This document shows positions 48,224 through 62,036 of a stretch of DNA of 64,000 bases, one piece after another. The stretch's first letter is position 1; every line of letters starts with the position of its first letter. Source of the DNA: Podospora anserina (lineage: Eukaryota); assembly GCA_017654855.1 (NCBI GenBank), contig CM030333.1, positions 4,340,001 through 4,404,000 on the forward strand, in the 5' to 3' direction. The notes under the pieces were generated by a model. That model had not been told where the DNA came from. It saw only the letters and a list, made by a program, of their open reading frames with translations, and made no database searches. The translations under genes and the position numbers were made by a program.

Positions 48224-48722
48224 CTTGTCGACGCGACAGGTTGATGGGGATGTAGCGTGTGTTTGTGAGGATTGGGGTGTCGGCTGCTACGGGGACAGCG
48301 TGTAGAAGTACAAGAGGGTATCGCAGGAAAGGGAAATGCGTCTCGGGCAGTTGTTTACGGGCGGTGGGAGAGAATGGAGAGCTCTGTGCTTCAGGGGAAT
48401 TTCGCTGTCAAATTTCCAGACCAATGCAGCAGGTGGTGCACGGATCAGCACGAGAACCCACGGCTGAGCAACGGGAAGCAAATTGAGTGGGTCCCCATCA
48501 CCCCCTTTCCACTTTCCCCAGCTACGAAGTGCCTCAAGTGCCAATGGGCTGCCAAGGGTCCCTCGCCGAGCTAAACGCATTCAAGACATCGGATGTTAGG
48601 AGAAAGAATTCGCCGACCCCGCCAAAATATTCAAGCTTGGCGATAGCAGCTATCAAGGTTATTTTTTTGATTTGATCGTTATCAGTCTCGTCTCGGTAGA
48701 GAAAACACCACCACCACCGACC

Positions 48723-51425
48723 ATGAAGACGGATTTCAAGTTCTCCAATCTGCTGGGGACAGTCTACTGCCAGGGCAATCTGCTGTTCAGTCCCGACGGC
48801 ACCCATCTCTTCTCTCCTGTCGGCAACAGGGTCACAGTCTTCAACCTTGTCGACAACAAGTCATACACGCTCCCCTTCGCCCACCGAAAGAACATCTCGA
48901 GGATAGGCCTGACCCCCCAGGGAAATATTCTCCTCTCTGTCGACGAAGATGGCCATGCCATTCTCACCAACATCCCGCGTCGTGTCGTACTATACCACTT
49001 TTCCTTCAAGTCAAAAGTAACCGCCCTCTCGTTTGCGCCATCGGGTCGCCATTTCGCAGTTGGATTGGGGAGGAAAATCGAGGTCTGGCACGTCCCATCG
49101 ACTCCAGATACCAACGAGGAAGGCGATCTCGAATTTGCGCCGTTTGTGCGCCACCACACACACACACAACACTTTGACGATGTCCGGCACATCGAGTGGT
49201 CGCACGACTCCCGCTTCTTCCTCAGCGCATCCAAGGATCTGACTGCGAGGATATGGAGCTTGAACGCAGAAGAAGGGTTCACGCCCTCGGTTTTGTCGGG
49301 ACATAAGCAGGGCGTGGTCGCTGCCTGGTTCTCCAAGGACCAAGAAACAATCTACACAGTCAGCAAGGACGGAGCCGTCTTTGACTGGCAGTACGTCGCA
49401 AAGCCGGGGCAAGACGAGGATGAGATCATGGATGAGGAGGATATGCAATGGCGGATCGTTGACAAGCACTACTTTATGCAAAACGGCGCAACCCTTCGAT
49501 GCGCCGCCTTTCACCCCGAATCAAATCTTTTGGTCGCTGGTTTCTCGAACGGTATCTTTGGATTGTACGAGATGCCCGATTTCAACCAGATTCACACCCT
49601 TAATATCTCGCAAAACGAAATCGACTTCGTAACGATAAACAAGAGTGGCGAGTGGCTCGCTTTCGGTGCGTCAAAGTTGGGTCAGCTTTTGGTGTGGGAG
49701 TGGCAGTCAGAATCATACATCCTGAAGCAACAAGGGCACTTTGACGCCATGAATGCGCTGGTCTACTCCCCAGATGGCCAAAGAATTGTCACGACGGCCG
49801 ACGACGGCAAGATCAAGGTGTGGGATATCGAGTCTGGGTTCTGCATAGTAACGTTTACCGAGCACACAAGCGGCATTACAGCGTGCGAGTTCGCCAAGAA
49901 GGGCAATGTTCTTTTCACAGCCAGTTTGGACGGGTCCATCAGAGCGTGGGATTTGATCAGATACAGAAACTTCAGGACGTTTACCGCCCCTGAAAGATTA
50001 TCCTTCTCCTGCATGGCAGTTGATCCAAGCGGTGAAGTTGTTGCGGCTGGTTCTATCGACTCTTTCGACATTCACATTTGGTCCGTCCAGACCGGCCAGC
50101 TCCTAGACAGACTTACCGGGCACGAGGGGCCGGTTTCTTCGCTTGTCTTTGCCCCCAACGGTGGTCTCTTGGTTAGTGGCAGTTGGGACAAGACGGCCAG
50201 GATATGGTCCATCTTCAACCGAACACAAACCAGCGAGCCTCTGCAGCTCATGTCGGATGTCTTGGACATTGCCTTCAGACCAGACTCCCTACAGATTGCC
50301 ATCTCCACACTAGACGGCCAGCTGACGTTTTGGTCTGTATCAGAAGCCACCCAAGTCTCCGGTGTCGACGGACGCCGCGATGTATCAGGCGGCCGCAGAA
50401 TCACAGATCGCCGGACGGCAGCTAACGTCTCGGGCACCAAGAGCTTCAACACCATCCGCTACAGCATGGACGGCTCCTGCGTCCTCGCGGGCGGCAACAG
50501 CAAGTACATCTGCCTCTACTCGGCCACAACAATGGTGCTCCTCAAGAAATTCACCGTCAGCGTCAACCTCGCGCTGTCGGGCACGCAAGAGTTCCTCAAC
50601 AGCAAGCTCGTCACCGAAGCCGGCCCCGCCACCCTCCTCGACGACCAAGGCGAGGCTTCCGATCTGGAAGACCGCATCGACAGGTCGCTGCCCGGCGCCA
50701 AGAGGGGCGATCCCGGCGCGAGGAGGAAGAACCCAGAGGTCAGAGTCACGGGCGTGGCTTTCTCGCCGAGCGGGACATCCTTCTGCGCCTGCTCGACAGA
50801 AGGCCTGTTGATTTACAGTCTGGACAGCACCGTTCAGTTTGATCCGTTTGATCTCAACATGGAGATCACGCCCGCTTCGACGCTGGGTGTTTTGCAGAAT
50901 GAAAAGGATTACCTCAAGGCGCTGGTCATGGCGTTCCGTCTCAATGAGGCGGGGTTGGTCCAAAGGGTGTTCCAGGCCATCCCTTACAAAGATATTGGTT
51001 TGGTGGTGGAAAACTTCCCTACTGTTTACGTGGCGAGGCTGCTGCGGTATGTGGCCGCCCAGACGGAGCAGTCCCCTCACGTGGAGTTCTGCATGCTGTG
51101 GATCAAGGCTCTTGTGGACAAGCACGGCGCGTGGTTGATGGCCAACCGGGGCAAGGTCGATGTCGAGTTGAGGATTGTGTCGAGGGCGGTGGCCAAGATG
51201 AGGGACGAGATTAGACGGCTGGCGGATGATAACGTCTACACGGTTGAGTACCTGATTGGGCAGGCCAACAACAAGGCGGCGCAGGCTGGAAAGGGGCCCA
51301 AGACTATCGAATGGAATGCTAATGGGGATTTGGAGGTCAAGGCTCTGCCGTCGACGCAGAAGGAGGTCACGATGGATAATATACTGGAGGAAGAAAGTGA
51401 AGGGGAGTGGATCGGGATAGAGTGA
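48723..51425 (+). CDS. PWP2: Periodic tryptophan protein 2 (Pwp2/Utp1), SSU processome WD40 protein
   Basis: MKTDFKFSNLLGTVYCQGNLLFSPDG; LGQLLVWEWQSESYILKQQGH; Utp12-type C-terminus; intronless. Confidence 0.96.
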   Translation: MKTDFKFSNLLGTVYCQGNLLFSPDGTHLFSPVGNRVTVFNLVDNKSYTLPFAHRKNISRIGLTPQGNILLSVDEDGHAILTNIPRRVVLYHFSFKSKVTALSFAPSGRHFAVGLGRKIEVWHVPSTPDTNEEGDLEFAPFVRHHTHTQHFDDVRHIEWSHDSRFFLSASKDLTARIWSLNAEEGFTPSVLSGHKQGVVAAWFSKDQETIYTVSKDGAVFDWQYVAKPGQDEDEIMDEEDMQWRIVDKHYFMQNGATLRCAAFHPESNLLVAGFSNGIFGLYEMPDFNQIHTLNISQNEIDFVTINKSGEWLAFGASKLGQLLVWEWQSESYILKQQGHFDAMNALVYSPDGQRIVTTADDGKIKVWDIESGFCIVTFTEHTSGITACEFAKKGNVLFTASLDGSIRAWDLIRYRNFRTFTAPERLSFSCMAVDPSGEVVAAGSIDSFDIHIWSVQTGQLLDRLTGHEGPVSSLVFAPNGGLLVSGSWDKTARIWSIFNRTQTSEPLQLMSDVLDIAFRPDSLQIAISTLDGQLTFWSVSEATQVSGVDGRRDVSGGRRITDRRTAANVSGTKSFNTIRYSMDGSCVLAGGNSKYICLYSATTMVLLKKFTVSVNLALSGTQEFLNSKLVTEAGPATLLDDQGEASDLEDRIDRSLPGAKRGDPGARRKNPEVRVTGVAFSPSGTSFCACSTEGLLIYSLDSTVQFDPFDLNMEITPASTLGVLQNEKDYLKALVMAFRLNEAGLVQRVFQAIPYKDIGLVVENFPTVYVARLLRYVAAQTEQSPHVEFCMLWIKALVDKHGAWLMANRGKVDVELRIVSRAVAKMRDEIRRLADDNVYTVEYLIGQANNKAAQAGKGPKTIEWNANGDLEVKALPSTQKEVTMDNILEEESEGEWIGIE

Positions 51426-51538
51426 AGGGAATTTGGATGATTTCGGTTTAATATTATGTTGTACTAGGTTAAAGGCAAAAGGCTGGCGTCGGAAAAAAAA
51501 GATTGATACCATTTTGATACCACATCCTGTTTTTCTCT

Positions 51539-53072
51539 CTACAACTTGCTGTCGTCGACGTTGGGTATGTCCTGCTCTTTGTTAGCCTGCCTTCTCTCGG
51601 AAAGGGAAACATGAGAGACATACCTTCCAAGCCTCCTCAAACCCGGCACTCCTCACCCAATGCTCCCCCGGCGCCTCAACCGAGTCAACAATCAAGTGGC
51701 ATATCTTCTCCCATAACCCTCCTTTAATCATGAACCCTTCTTTCTCTTCATACTCCCGACAAATATTCCTACAAACCACCGTCGCCCTCCCCAGCTTGAT
51801 AGCATGCCCATCATCCCCAAACCCATGCAACCTACTCACAATCTCCTCCACCATCTTCGCCTTTCCAGGCTGCTTCGGCTCATACCCCTCCAACCTTTCC
51901 ACCCTCAACTCAGGACACCCCCTAGCCACATACTGCAACAAATCCATCCTAATCTTCCACTCCAACAACCTCCTTTTTGTTTTCTCCGGCACCCAATCCA
52001 TCTTGTTCATCGTGACAAAAAACGGCGCCGCGTTGACATGGTGCATCAGAAAAAAATCAAACTTCGGCACCTTTTTTTGGTCAGTCATGCTCACCGCCGC
52101 CCCAGCCGCGACATAAACCGCCCCATTAAACATCTCCCTCGTCCTCCCCTCCACCTCCCCCTCCTCCACCTTGACCCTCCCAGCCAAGTCAACCATCTCC
52201 CCCTTTGCCCGCACCAAAACCCCATCCCGGATCTTATTCCCATCCTCCGACCTCGCCGCCCCTTTCAGTCCCTCCGCCTCCCGTAACAACCCCAGCACCG
52301 TCTCCCCTTCTTCCCGCCCCCGTCCCTTTTCTTCAGCAGTCAACAAAAACTCCCTGAGATCATCCCTATGAACAGCCGCCTGCGCCAACCCCTCCGCCAC
52401 CACCCCAGTCAGCCCCCACTCAAGCCCATACATGAGCTGAATCAGCGGGTGCAAAAACCCTCCAAACAACCTGATTATCAAATCCTCCTTTCCCTCCCCC
52501 TCTTCAAATAAATGCCTCGTCACTGTCTCCTTCCATCCCAACCGGTCGATCTCAGATTGGAAAAATGTTAAAAAGTCCGGGTAGTACTCTTCTTTACCGT
52601 AGTATTCTGTCAATGTCTCCGGTGTGAGAGTCACTGACTTATGAACAGGCAACACCGGCCGTTGGTACGAAGCGTTGGTGTCATAGGCAGACTGGAGGTG
52701 TGATGGCCCCGCGCCGGTGCCGTACAAGGCGAGGAGGTGGTGGGGGATGTGGTTGTGGAAGCCGGACTGGTTGAAGAAGACGTGGTGGTTCTTTCGGGGG
52801 GGATAGCTATGGGGAAAATACCTAGGTAAAAAGGGGAGAGAGAGGGAACAAACCTCCATGTCTTGCTGTAATAGCTCCGAGGTTTTGGCTGCGGCGGAGG
52901 GGGTTTGGGTTATCCCCCAGAGGCCCGTGTTGTCGGGTGAGAGGTGCATTGTTTGGGTGGAAGAAGACATCCTGAGCTGGTGGTGGTGATGAGATGGTCT
53001 AATATTGATGAGTGATACACGGGCGAGGTGTCTTGCTTTGGGAGCAGAGCCGAAGAGACGGAGGGAGGTCAT
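51539..53072 (-). CDS. Questin oxidase-like / AflY-HypA family oxidoreductase ending in PTS1 (SKL)
   Basis: HHVFFNQSGFHNHIPHHLL, GFLHPLIQLMYGLE, AEGLAQAAVH, FDFFLMHHVN, DDGHAIKL; last intron 51623-51572 then DIPNVDDSKL*. Confidence 0.87.
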
Positions 53073-53639
53073 TCATGTAGTTAGTTACCTATCGGCAGGT
53101 ACAGAGAGCTGACATCAAGGCAAGAAGGATTAGATGGCAGGTGTTGCAGAGAAAAGGTTGTATTGAGTGATTAATAGAACTTGTACTGACGTTGAACCGA
53201 GAGAGGACCGTGATACCTCTATAAGGTATGCTTAGCAATCAACCCCAAAGCCCGAGGCCGAAAAGACCGACAATTATTCATCTACGCCATCTCACCCTCT
53301 CACTTGCCTCACCCATCCATAGCTCCCATCTTTTACTTGTTCTATCCTCGCAGCTGACCACCCATTGTAACAATGACATCATCAAACTCCCCAACCCCAC
53401 AGCATTATGCAGGAACAAACGACCCTTTTGAACACAGCATCCTTTATATTATGTAAGTCATATCATCCTCAGTTCATCTCATCCCATCTACACATTAGAT
53501 ATTCATCTCTTCAATTATCATCTTGTCTTTTTGACCACCCATCCATCTTGAATCCAATTGCAGACAGCAGCAATCATAAAAACAGGCTCTCTAAAAACAC
53601 CACAAACGCATCGCTTCCCCTGTCTATGCTTCCGATATA

Positions 53640-53640
<1 letters not shown>

Positions 53641-53696
<56 letters not shown>
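53641..53696. repeat. (GTT)n trinucleotide microsatellite
   Basis: ~18 perfect GTT units downstream of the 5-phosphatase stop. Confidence 0.95.
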
Positions 53697-53760
53697 ATGT
53701 ATGGCTGTTCGGTTTATCTCGTCGCTGCTGTCGCCATTACCCCCCTTTTCTCTCATTTCT

Positions 53761-56700
53761 TCATTCCCTTTGTCCACTAGGACTTCTATGATCTCTCCTC
53801 CCACCAACAGCAGACCTGCTCGACCGCTGCTGCTGCTCGATTAATTGTGTTGCCGTTGATTCGTCGTACCCAATCACGTTCGTCAAGTAGAAGAATCTGT
53901 TGCGGGTGTTAGTCCTTACTCCAAGGTTGAGAAGTTGAAATGAAAAAAAAAATGAAAAAAAAAACTCACTTCTCCCCTCTTCCCTCCCTCCCCCTCAGAT
54001 CCTCAAACTCCTGCTGGCACTCCATCCAAACCTGTGCCCTCTCCTTGCCCCTCACCTTCTTCACCTCAAACCTGAATCTCCCGCTCACTGGCCTGTGATC
54101 CGACACTCGCACCTCATGCCGTCTGTAATCCAACTGCTCTATCCTTCCCCTGCCGGCCCCGCACCTGAAGAGCAACCGATCACACCACGCTGGGCTTCTT
54201 CTCTTCTCCGACGTGTCATAGTTGTCCGTCCCAACATCATACTTGTACGTTGGCGCAAAGGTGATGGGAAGCTCTTCAAATGCCCTGAGTCTGAACCCGG
54301 GGTTCCTTCGCCTAGCCACGAGCAGCTGATCACGCTCCAGGAGCTTGGCGAGATTGCCCGCCTTGACAGCTGTGACGACAGTGTCTCGCGACATGGTGTC
54401 GATTCTGTAGTTGAGATCTCCGTTGAGAAGACACAGCTCATGGTCTAGGATCATTGTGCCGTCCCCGCCACCGACAAAGCTGTCGAACCGCACCGAGGCG
54501 TCCCTCTCACCTGGCAGGAGGGACGCCTCCAAAATAGCGGCAATGTCGTTGTGTCTTTGATTCGCCCCCGATTGTCCAGCTGCCAAGTGGCAGTTGATAA
54601 AACAGAGCGAGGTATCATCCACCATGAACCTCACCACAATGGCACCTTTGTTTCCATGAAGACCACCCATGCCTCTCTTGACCTCAGCGCTGTTAAGATT
54701 GCTGATCCGGCCCAGGAGGTCTGCCTTGACAAAAATGGCAGTGAACAGCCCCACGAGCGGCGCGGAATGCAGCACGTGGTACAACTCCCCATCCATATGC
54801 TGATCCAGGCTCTGCTTCAGATGCGCCAGCCAGTTCCGATACTGATGGCTCATCCGTTCCTGGTCCGTCCCCTCCTTCTTCTTCGGCTTCAGGAACCTCT
54901 TCGCAGTCAAAGTCTTATCCTCCAAATCAACCAGCTCTTGGAACCCAAAGACAATGATGTCTGGCGAGTCACTGCTCCTCAGCAAATTCTCGATGAACAC
55001 TCTGTCATCATTCGAATAGTTGAGACTATTCGGCGTCGAAGCTCCCGCATTCCACGTCAGAATCAACGCCTTGATCTTTTCAAAGTGGCAGTACCTCGCA
55101 TCATGCTGCTTCATCTTGGCCTGCAGCCAGTCGTCTTGAAGTAAACCATCCCAAACACGCAACATATTATCCGCGCCGAGGGAGACCACCTGGTGACGAT
55201 CCAGCTTGTAAAAGCTCGACTGGTCAGAGATCAGCTTCACAACCGGGTTATCATGGGCTTGCCAGTCCTTCTTAACGGCCCATGGCGTTTGGCCCATGTC
55301 GTAGACCGAGATTTTGCCAGTGTTGTATCCTGCCCAGAGGTATCGTCCCGCACCAGTAAGGGAGTTGATCTTGTATTGGCTGATATTCATCACGCCAAGG
55401 CAAGCGTAGTTTTTCCTCGAATAAATGCTGACTTTGCCGTCGTTGTGGCCAAAGAACACCTTGTCCGGCTCTGAGGCGAGAAGAGTACCCGACGTAACTT
55501 CACCAGCGCCATCTTGAATTAGAGGTCGGATGAGAACCTGGAACTGTGTCCTGCCGTCAAGAGTTGGTAGGAAAACCCTGATTTCCTTGCCTGTGGCGTG
55601 CCAGAGTTCATCACCAACCACCATGGAAAATACATGACCCTTAGGCACGCGAAAGGTCTGTGTAGGAGGGTAAGCCAAACTGGGCAGATTGCTACCATCG
55701 GCCGGCCCCCAAACGTGAAGTGTCCCACTGTCGTCCAAAGTCCACAGCTCGTTGAAATGCCTGTATATCCTGATAATCTCGTAGCGGCCGTGTGCGTTTG
55801 GTCTGTTGTTGACAATACTTTGCGACAAGACATCGGCTTCCAACAACTCGCCATTGTTGGTTCCGATCCATATCCTCGCGCCCTCCTCGTCGACGCTCTC
55901 TCCCGGTTTGAAGGCCACGGATGCGCCCTTCATGCCCTCGCTCATGGCCAAGCTCATAACCAGCTCCCCGTCCATAACATTCCACGCCCTTGTATAACCG
56001 CCTGTTGTGCAGACAAAGGCCCCGCAGACATCAAACATGCGGCTGTCGTATTTTGTGGCAATTTCGTGAGCCCCTTTATGCAAGTATGGCTTGCTTCGGT
56101 TCGTTCTTGACGTGTCTGGATATCCCAAATCGGCCTTGTGTGAGCCCGCGATTTGAGCTTCAGCGGGCCTAGCTTCCACGGGTGTTGGAGGAGGCGGAGC
56201 GTGATATTCGTTGGACACTCTCCCGGGCATCCGATCCGCCGCCGTCACGGACCTACCGTTGAGCCGTGGAATAGGAGGGGGCGCCTGTGTTACTGGTGTC
56301 GAGGATATCCGCTTCTGTTGGATTGCTGTCGCTACGCTCGTGTTGACTCCTGGCCGTGGAGGCCGTGGAGGTGGTGCTGAGACAGAATTTGCAGCGCGGA
56401 CCGACTCGATGATACTCTGTGGTCGTGCAGGCAGCGCAGGCCGGTCGCCAGTGATTTGCGGTGTTAGAGGCTCGTCCTTGCCTCGTCTCTTTGCGGCTAA
56501 TGAATGGTGCTGAGGTGGCGGGTCGAAACCGACGTGGAAGGTATTTGACCTCTTTACACCGACAGAGGGCTGATGCTGATTTCCGTGCTGCTGGTGAAGA
56601 CTATGTTGCTGTTGGTGATGCGGTTGCTGTTGTCGCGGCCTCGTAGGCAAGACTGGGGGAACATCTTCCTCACCTGGCGATCCTCCGCTGCTAGGTGGAC

Positions 56701-57557
56701 TGTTGAAAGGTGACACCTTGGGACTCGACCTCTTCTGAATATCAATAGGCTGACTCGACTGAGCGGGTCTGCTCGGTTGCTCGAACAGAGTGAAACGTGA
56801 ATTAGGTTTCTCTGCCCGGTTGATCGGAGGCGGTACTGGCTTATGGCCCATCTCTCGTTCCCGCCGCAACTCTACCGACCGTCTAGGTGGAGGAGGTGAC
56901 GGGGGGCGGGCAGGCGCCACACGCGGGGACTTTCGGGGTTCCGCCGATGGCGTCTGAGTTCTGCTCGGCAAGTTGAACTGGTTCCCCGCCTTCGCCGGAG
57001 ATGAGGACTTTACAAGAGAATCGGTGCTAACAAATGCCGGACGGTCACCGGTAGGAATGCCTCCTACGCCTCTCTTCGGGGGTGAATGCGGGGGCTCAAC
57101 GGTGAGCGCCGGGGCGTTCGTGGGTTTGGCCCTCGGGCTAACAGGAGGAGGAACAGTTCGTACTGGCGAGCTCGAAGCACTGGCGTTCGCGGATGCAGGG
57201 TGAAGGCTCTGGAGCGTCAACTTGTCTTTGGGTCGCATCGCTGGTATTGGAGGGGGCTCACGGGGCGTTGTGGTCGAGGGACTCGGATCCCGCTCACGGA
57301 GTCGACCAGGCTTCGGGGCCGGCGCCGGCGCCGGGGTTGGGGATGCATTTCGGGTTGGTGTACCGGGTTGCGAGTCGCCGGGCTTGGTGGTCAAGCCTTC
57401 AAACTTTGCCAATAGCGACGAGACAGGTCTCTGTGAAAGACGGACATGGTCAGCTCTGAGATCTACCATAGTACCCCAGCAACACCAGAACAACACCGCC
57501 TTTGACCTCACTCACAATGGACGAGCCGTCAGTCCCGTTGTCAGCTGGGGGATCCAT
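53761..57557 (-). CDS. Inositol polyphosphate 5-phosphatase with Pro-rich N-terminus and WD40-like region
   Basis: TWNAG, FGFQE, GNKG, NCHLAAG, GDLNYRI, PTYKYD, PAWCDR, SDHRPV; first exon MDPPADNGTDGSSI; last exon ends ...SGQRE* at 53761. Confidence 0.9.
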
Positions 57558-60013
57558 GGTGATCTAGGTCCGTTGCGAACTATGGTTTCTGGATCGCTCT
57601 ACCCATAACACTCTTTGAAGCTCCTTCAGCCAGAGCGTATCCGTATTGTTGGGTGTTTTGTGTATCGTTGGTGATGCTGAACGGAGCGTGCGATGAGTAG
57701 CAGAACGGTTGAGAGAGCGAGGCGGACCAGGAGCAGAGCGGTCGCGTGTTTGTCGTCAATGCCAATACCCGAAATTCCAAGGGAGACGGTTGATGGTTGT
57801 GTTCTATGCGAACCGCTGCGGCGGGCGGGTGGAGGGGGCTCTTTTGGCTGGGGCAGGGCAGTGTTGGTGCTGGATCTGGATACTAGATACGGATAGTGGG
57901 GACGTGAGTGCCCCGTGGCCGATCCGGGACTGCGTGTTAGGGGATAGAATGACGATGTTCCGTAAAGGTACTTCAAAGAGAGGTCCGAGACGCACACTTG
58001 ATCCGAAGTTTCGAACAGGAACAACTCATACTCTAGTAACTCTACGTCTGTCCAGCCCCACTTAGACTGTAAAGAGCCCCTTTTGGCCGCCGCAAGCAGC
58101 CACTCTGGAAAGCGAAACACGTATGGAAGTCCAGATGGAAGACTTCGGCCACTTTTGTTGGCAGGCTAATTTTGGGTCTGGATTGGCCGTGTAATGTCGT
58201 GCCTGTCCATTCGATGCACATAGCTTGCTTCCAGAAACTCTTGGCTGTAATGCGTTCTCAGCCAGAGTCGTTTCCCCTGAAAATTGTTCGCAAATGTTGG
58301 ATTGAGCAATGAGCCCGCGCCAACAGGCGGCCCAGTGAACGTTTTCAAGCCACTGAGGACGCCCTTTCCATGTCAAATCACAAGAAAGGAGGCACTAGGT
58401 ACGAGTACATGAACAATGACCATGTGTAAATAACAGGTGAGCCTGTGTTTTATATCAGAGAAAGATGGAGGCCTGCATGGTGAGCACCCCCCAACAAATC
58501 CATGTTTCAAAGATGGTGGTGAGGTTCCGGTGCGCCACAGCCCACTATAAATGGCGGGGTGGTCCAAGCTTGCTGCACGCTGGCAAAGCCGTTGAGACTG
58601 TCGGGCGGCGGGACCCTAATGGCCGAGGCCTACTCAACTCTACGGTGCCGCACTGACCACTCAGATCAGTCGACGGGAGCTGGGCCCTTATCCTGCACAT
58701 CACCCCATTATGAAGTATTGTCGACAAAGGTCTTTTTAGACGAAGATAGCTCGGGACCTGCATCCATTGGCGTGGATTTTTCTCTCTCTCTCTCTGTCTC
58801 TCCCTCGCAACGGATCTCACGGCAAAGTTGACTTCCTACCATCATCCAAACCATATAGTTCTGGTACAGACAGCAAAATGAACACTGTACGTATTTCTCT
58901 GAAGATATTATGACGTAGCAGTTTTGACTGACAACCTGCGCTCTCTAGGTTAAATCTTTCTGGTACGCTCCGAGATACGGACTCCATGCAGAACCTGCTG
59001 ATTGACACGGCGAACTAGGGCGGGCTGGGGCGCATTGTGCTTGGGTATACCAGTCCCAGTTCTCAACATGTAGAGCACACTTGCTGACCTTGCATAGCCG
59101 GCGGCGGCGCATACTACTTCGCGAAGCAAGGCATCGATGCTGACAGGCGTGCTCGCCTCGAGGAGCAGCGCAAGAGAAAGAGCATGGTTGAATCGCTCGA
59201 GTACTCGCAGAATGTCCCGACCCAGCCAATTTCTTCTTCAGCAATGGGTGGTTCTGCCTCAGTCCCACCTCGCCAGGGCACACCAGCGAGGACAGACACA
59301 GTCGGCTCACCAAGCCTAGAGACGGGCAATGATCCGGCGCCTACAAGGCATGCGCCTGCTACCGAGGCCGAGAGGGTAGTCGAGAAGAGCAAGTACGAAG
59401 CCAGTGTGCCGTTCCGCAGTCCGAAGGGTGACCGGTTCTCATAAGGGGTTTGGTGGTGGACTGGCTGGGTTTAGGTGGACAGACAGGTGGTGGATGACGG
59501 GTTGAACACGAGTCGTGGACCTTGACTAGCCGAACATCGGAAGACACCGGAGGGATAGCCAGAATCGAATTTGAGATTGTATAAGACAGCAGCAACCTTC
59601 CTCTCTCTTGATTAATAGCCCTCACGATTCGGTCCTTCGGATGATGAGAGACCTAGCATCTCTTCATCCAACCTGAAGATTTTGGCAGGCATACTTGCCT
59701 ACTGGAAACAAAAAGCCTCACGTGGTAAGGTAGTTGTCATTTCCCAGTTCAAATGAAGATTGTATCAAATCATAGCAGCAAATATTTTGTCCCCGAGGCT
59801 CACCTACCGTGTGCACACTGTACTGGGTGAATTAAGCATGCATAGATGTGGGGCTATTGTGCCGGGGTAAGGGTGCTGTGAGCCGGCTTGGCGCGACTTG
59901 ACTTGGTTCAACCTCCTCCAAATAATTATTTGCGAATCTACCGAAACCACAAGGGTGCTCACTCAGTATCAACAGAACCCCAAGCGTGGCAGCAACGCCC
60001 CCCAGCCTTCACG

Positions 60014-62036
60014 ATGGAGTCGGCGTCCAAAGAGTTGACCATCTCAAAGACGCTGCTCACCTCGGCTCTCTTTCGCCCTGATCCAGTCTCCTGTCCGCGC
60101 AATGACATCGAGTCTATGCTCGCGCTCCTCAACTCGACCATCGCCGAGTGCTCGCCAACCAATGTCCAGGTTTGATAATACGCTTTGTTCCATAGCTTGT
60201 TTGCCCGTTGAGAGACCTGATGGCTAAGTCGCACCGCGTCAGAGATGCAAACAATGGGCTCTGAACAATCTGATTCCTTCGCCGAACCGGATCTCCAACT
60301 TTTGCAAATACTTGGTCGCCCTTTCCAAGTCGATTGGCCAGGACAAAGATGTCACCGCACAATCAGCAAGGAATCGCGTGCCCTCGGCAAGGCGACGCCG
60401 GCTACACATACTCTTCATTCTCAACGACTTGCTCTATCACGTCAAGTATCGAAACCGCGATGACGGCTTTGCCCAGAAGCTAGAGCCCGCATTGCCTGCT
60501 TTGTTCAAGAGCGCTGCCGCCTTCAACAATTGCCCCAAACACATTCGAAAACTACGAGACCTGGTCAGCCTGTGGGAAGAGAACCAGTACTTTCTCCAGG
60601 GACACATTCACGAGCTCCGAACAGCAGTGGAAACGCCAGTCGAGGAGGACGCAGCTAAGGACGCCGAGCAGACTGTCGCCTCAGACGCTTCTGCGGCTAA
60701 GCTGGCAAAATCAGCCCCATTCATCATGCCAGCAATGCACGGAGACCCTTCGGTGCCGTGGTACGACCTTCCTGCAGGCACTTGGCTTCCACATCTCCAA
60801 AAGAACTCGACCAAGTCGATAAACCCGTCGGTAATCAAGCCGCTGGAGTTGGTCAAGGGACCAGCGGAACCGAACCTAGTGGAAGCAGTCAAGAGCCTCC
60901 TTCTCGATATCGACAAGATCTACTCTAATGAAGCGGACTTTGGCGAGACGCCACGAGACATTGGTCAGATGGGAGAGATGGTCGAGATCGACGAAATCAC
61001 GGGCGATATCATTGGAGGTGACACCTACTATGGCTGGTCTCGGCAGTTTTGCAATAACATGAAGGCGCGGAAGCGGAACGGTGGGCGACAGAACGAGCGG
61101 GATGATAGTAGAGGAAGAAGACAGACGCGATCATCGCGTTCGTACAGCCGGTCACGCAGTCGATCTCGCAGTCGTAGTGGACGCCGCCGCGGCCACAGTG
61201 TGTCGAGCAGGAGCTCAGATCGGCCTGCTTTCAAACGCCAGCGAGTCTCGGAATCACCACGCAGCGGTAGAAGTCGGTCTAGACGTCGACGCAGAGATGC
61301 GAGCATGAGCAGGAGCAGGAGCGGGAGCAGAAACAGATCTAGATCCTACACTGATCAATCACGGTCACGATCAAGATCAAGATCACACTCCAGCCGGGGC
61401 GCTCGTTCAAGAAGACATCGCAGCCGGAGTTACTCCCGATCCCGGTCCAGATCAAGGTCTCGTTCTCGTTCTCGATCCCTCTCCAGATCCCGTAGCCACA
61501 GCGGCCGAAGCAGAAGCCCAATAGGAAGCTTCCCCAAAAGCCCAAGCTACTTCCCACCACCGTCCAGAGATCGGATATCACAACCTGGCCATCAAGCTTA
61601 TCCAAGTCAACCACCGCCGCCACTGCAAACCCAGCCGGTTTATGCACCGCCCACTGGCAACTTTCCCGGCGGATATCTTCCGCCGAACTACCTAGGGGCA
61701 GGATTACCGATGCCGCTCCCGCCACCGCCGAATTACACCGGGCCTTGGCCTCCTGCGCCTCCGCCACCGGGTGGTATACCTCAGGGGTTTTTCTCTGGGA
61801 TTCCGCCGCCTCCTCCTCCTCCTCCTCCTCCGGGAATGGGGATGGGATTTCAGGGGGGTTGGGCTGGGAGGGGGGGTCATGGAGTGCTGCCTCCTCTTTC
61901 GCCGCCGACGGGGCCGCAGGAGGGGTATCAGGGTGGGTGGCAGCAGGGACGTGGGGGAAATAATGGGGGGTATAATGGTAGGGGTGGTGGGAGGGGAGGT
62001 GGTAATAGGGGGGGCTATGGACAGAAGAGGTGGTGA
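60014..62036 (+). CDS. CID (RNA Pol II CTD-interacting domain)-like protein with RS domain and Pro/RGG-rich tail
   Basis: CSPTNVQ/RCKQW...RRLHILFILNDLLYH...LVSLWEEN; long RSRS tract; PPPP and RGG C-terminus; intron ~60170-60244. Confidence 0.75.

Noticed and set aside
57600-59900. Short ORFs in the long intergenic region (e.g. 59184-59444)
   Set aside because: No family motifs or consistent exon chain; a small gene cannot be excluded.
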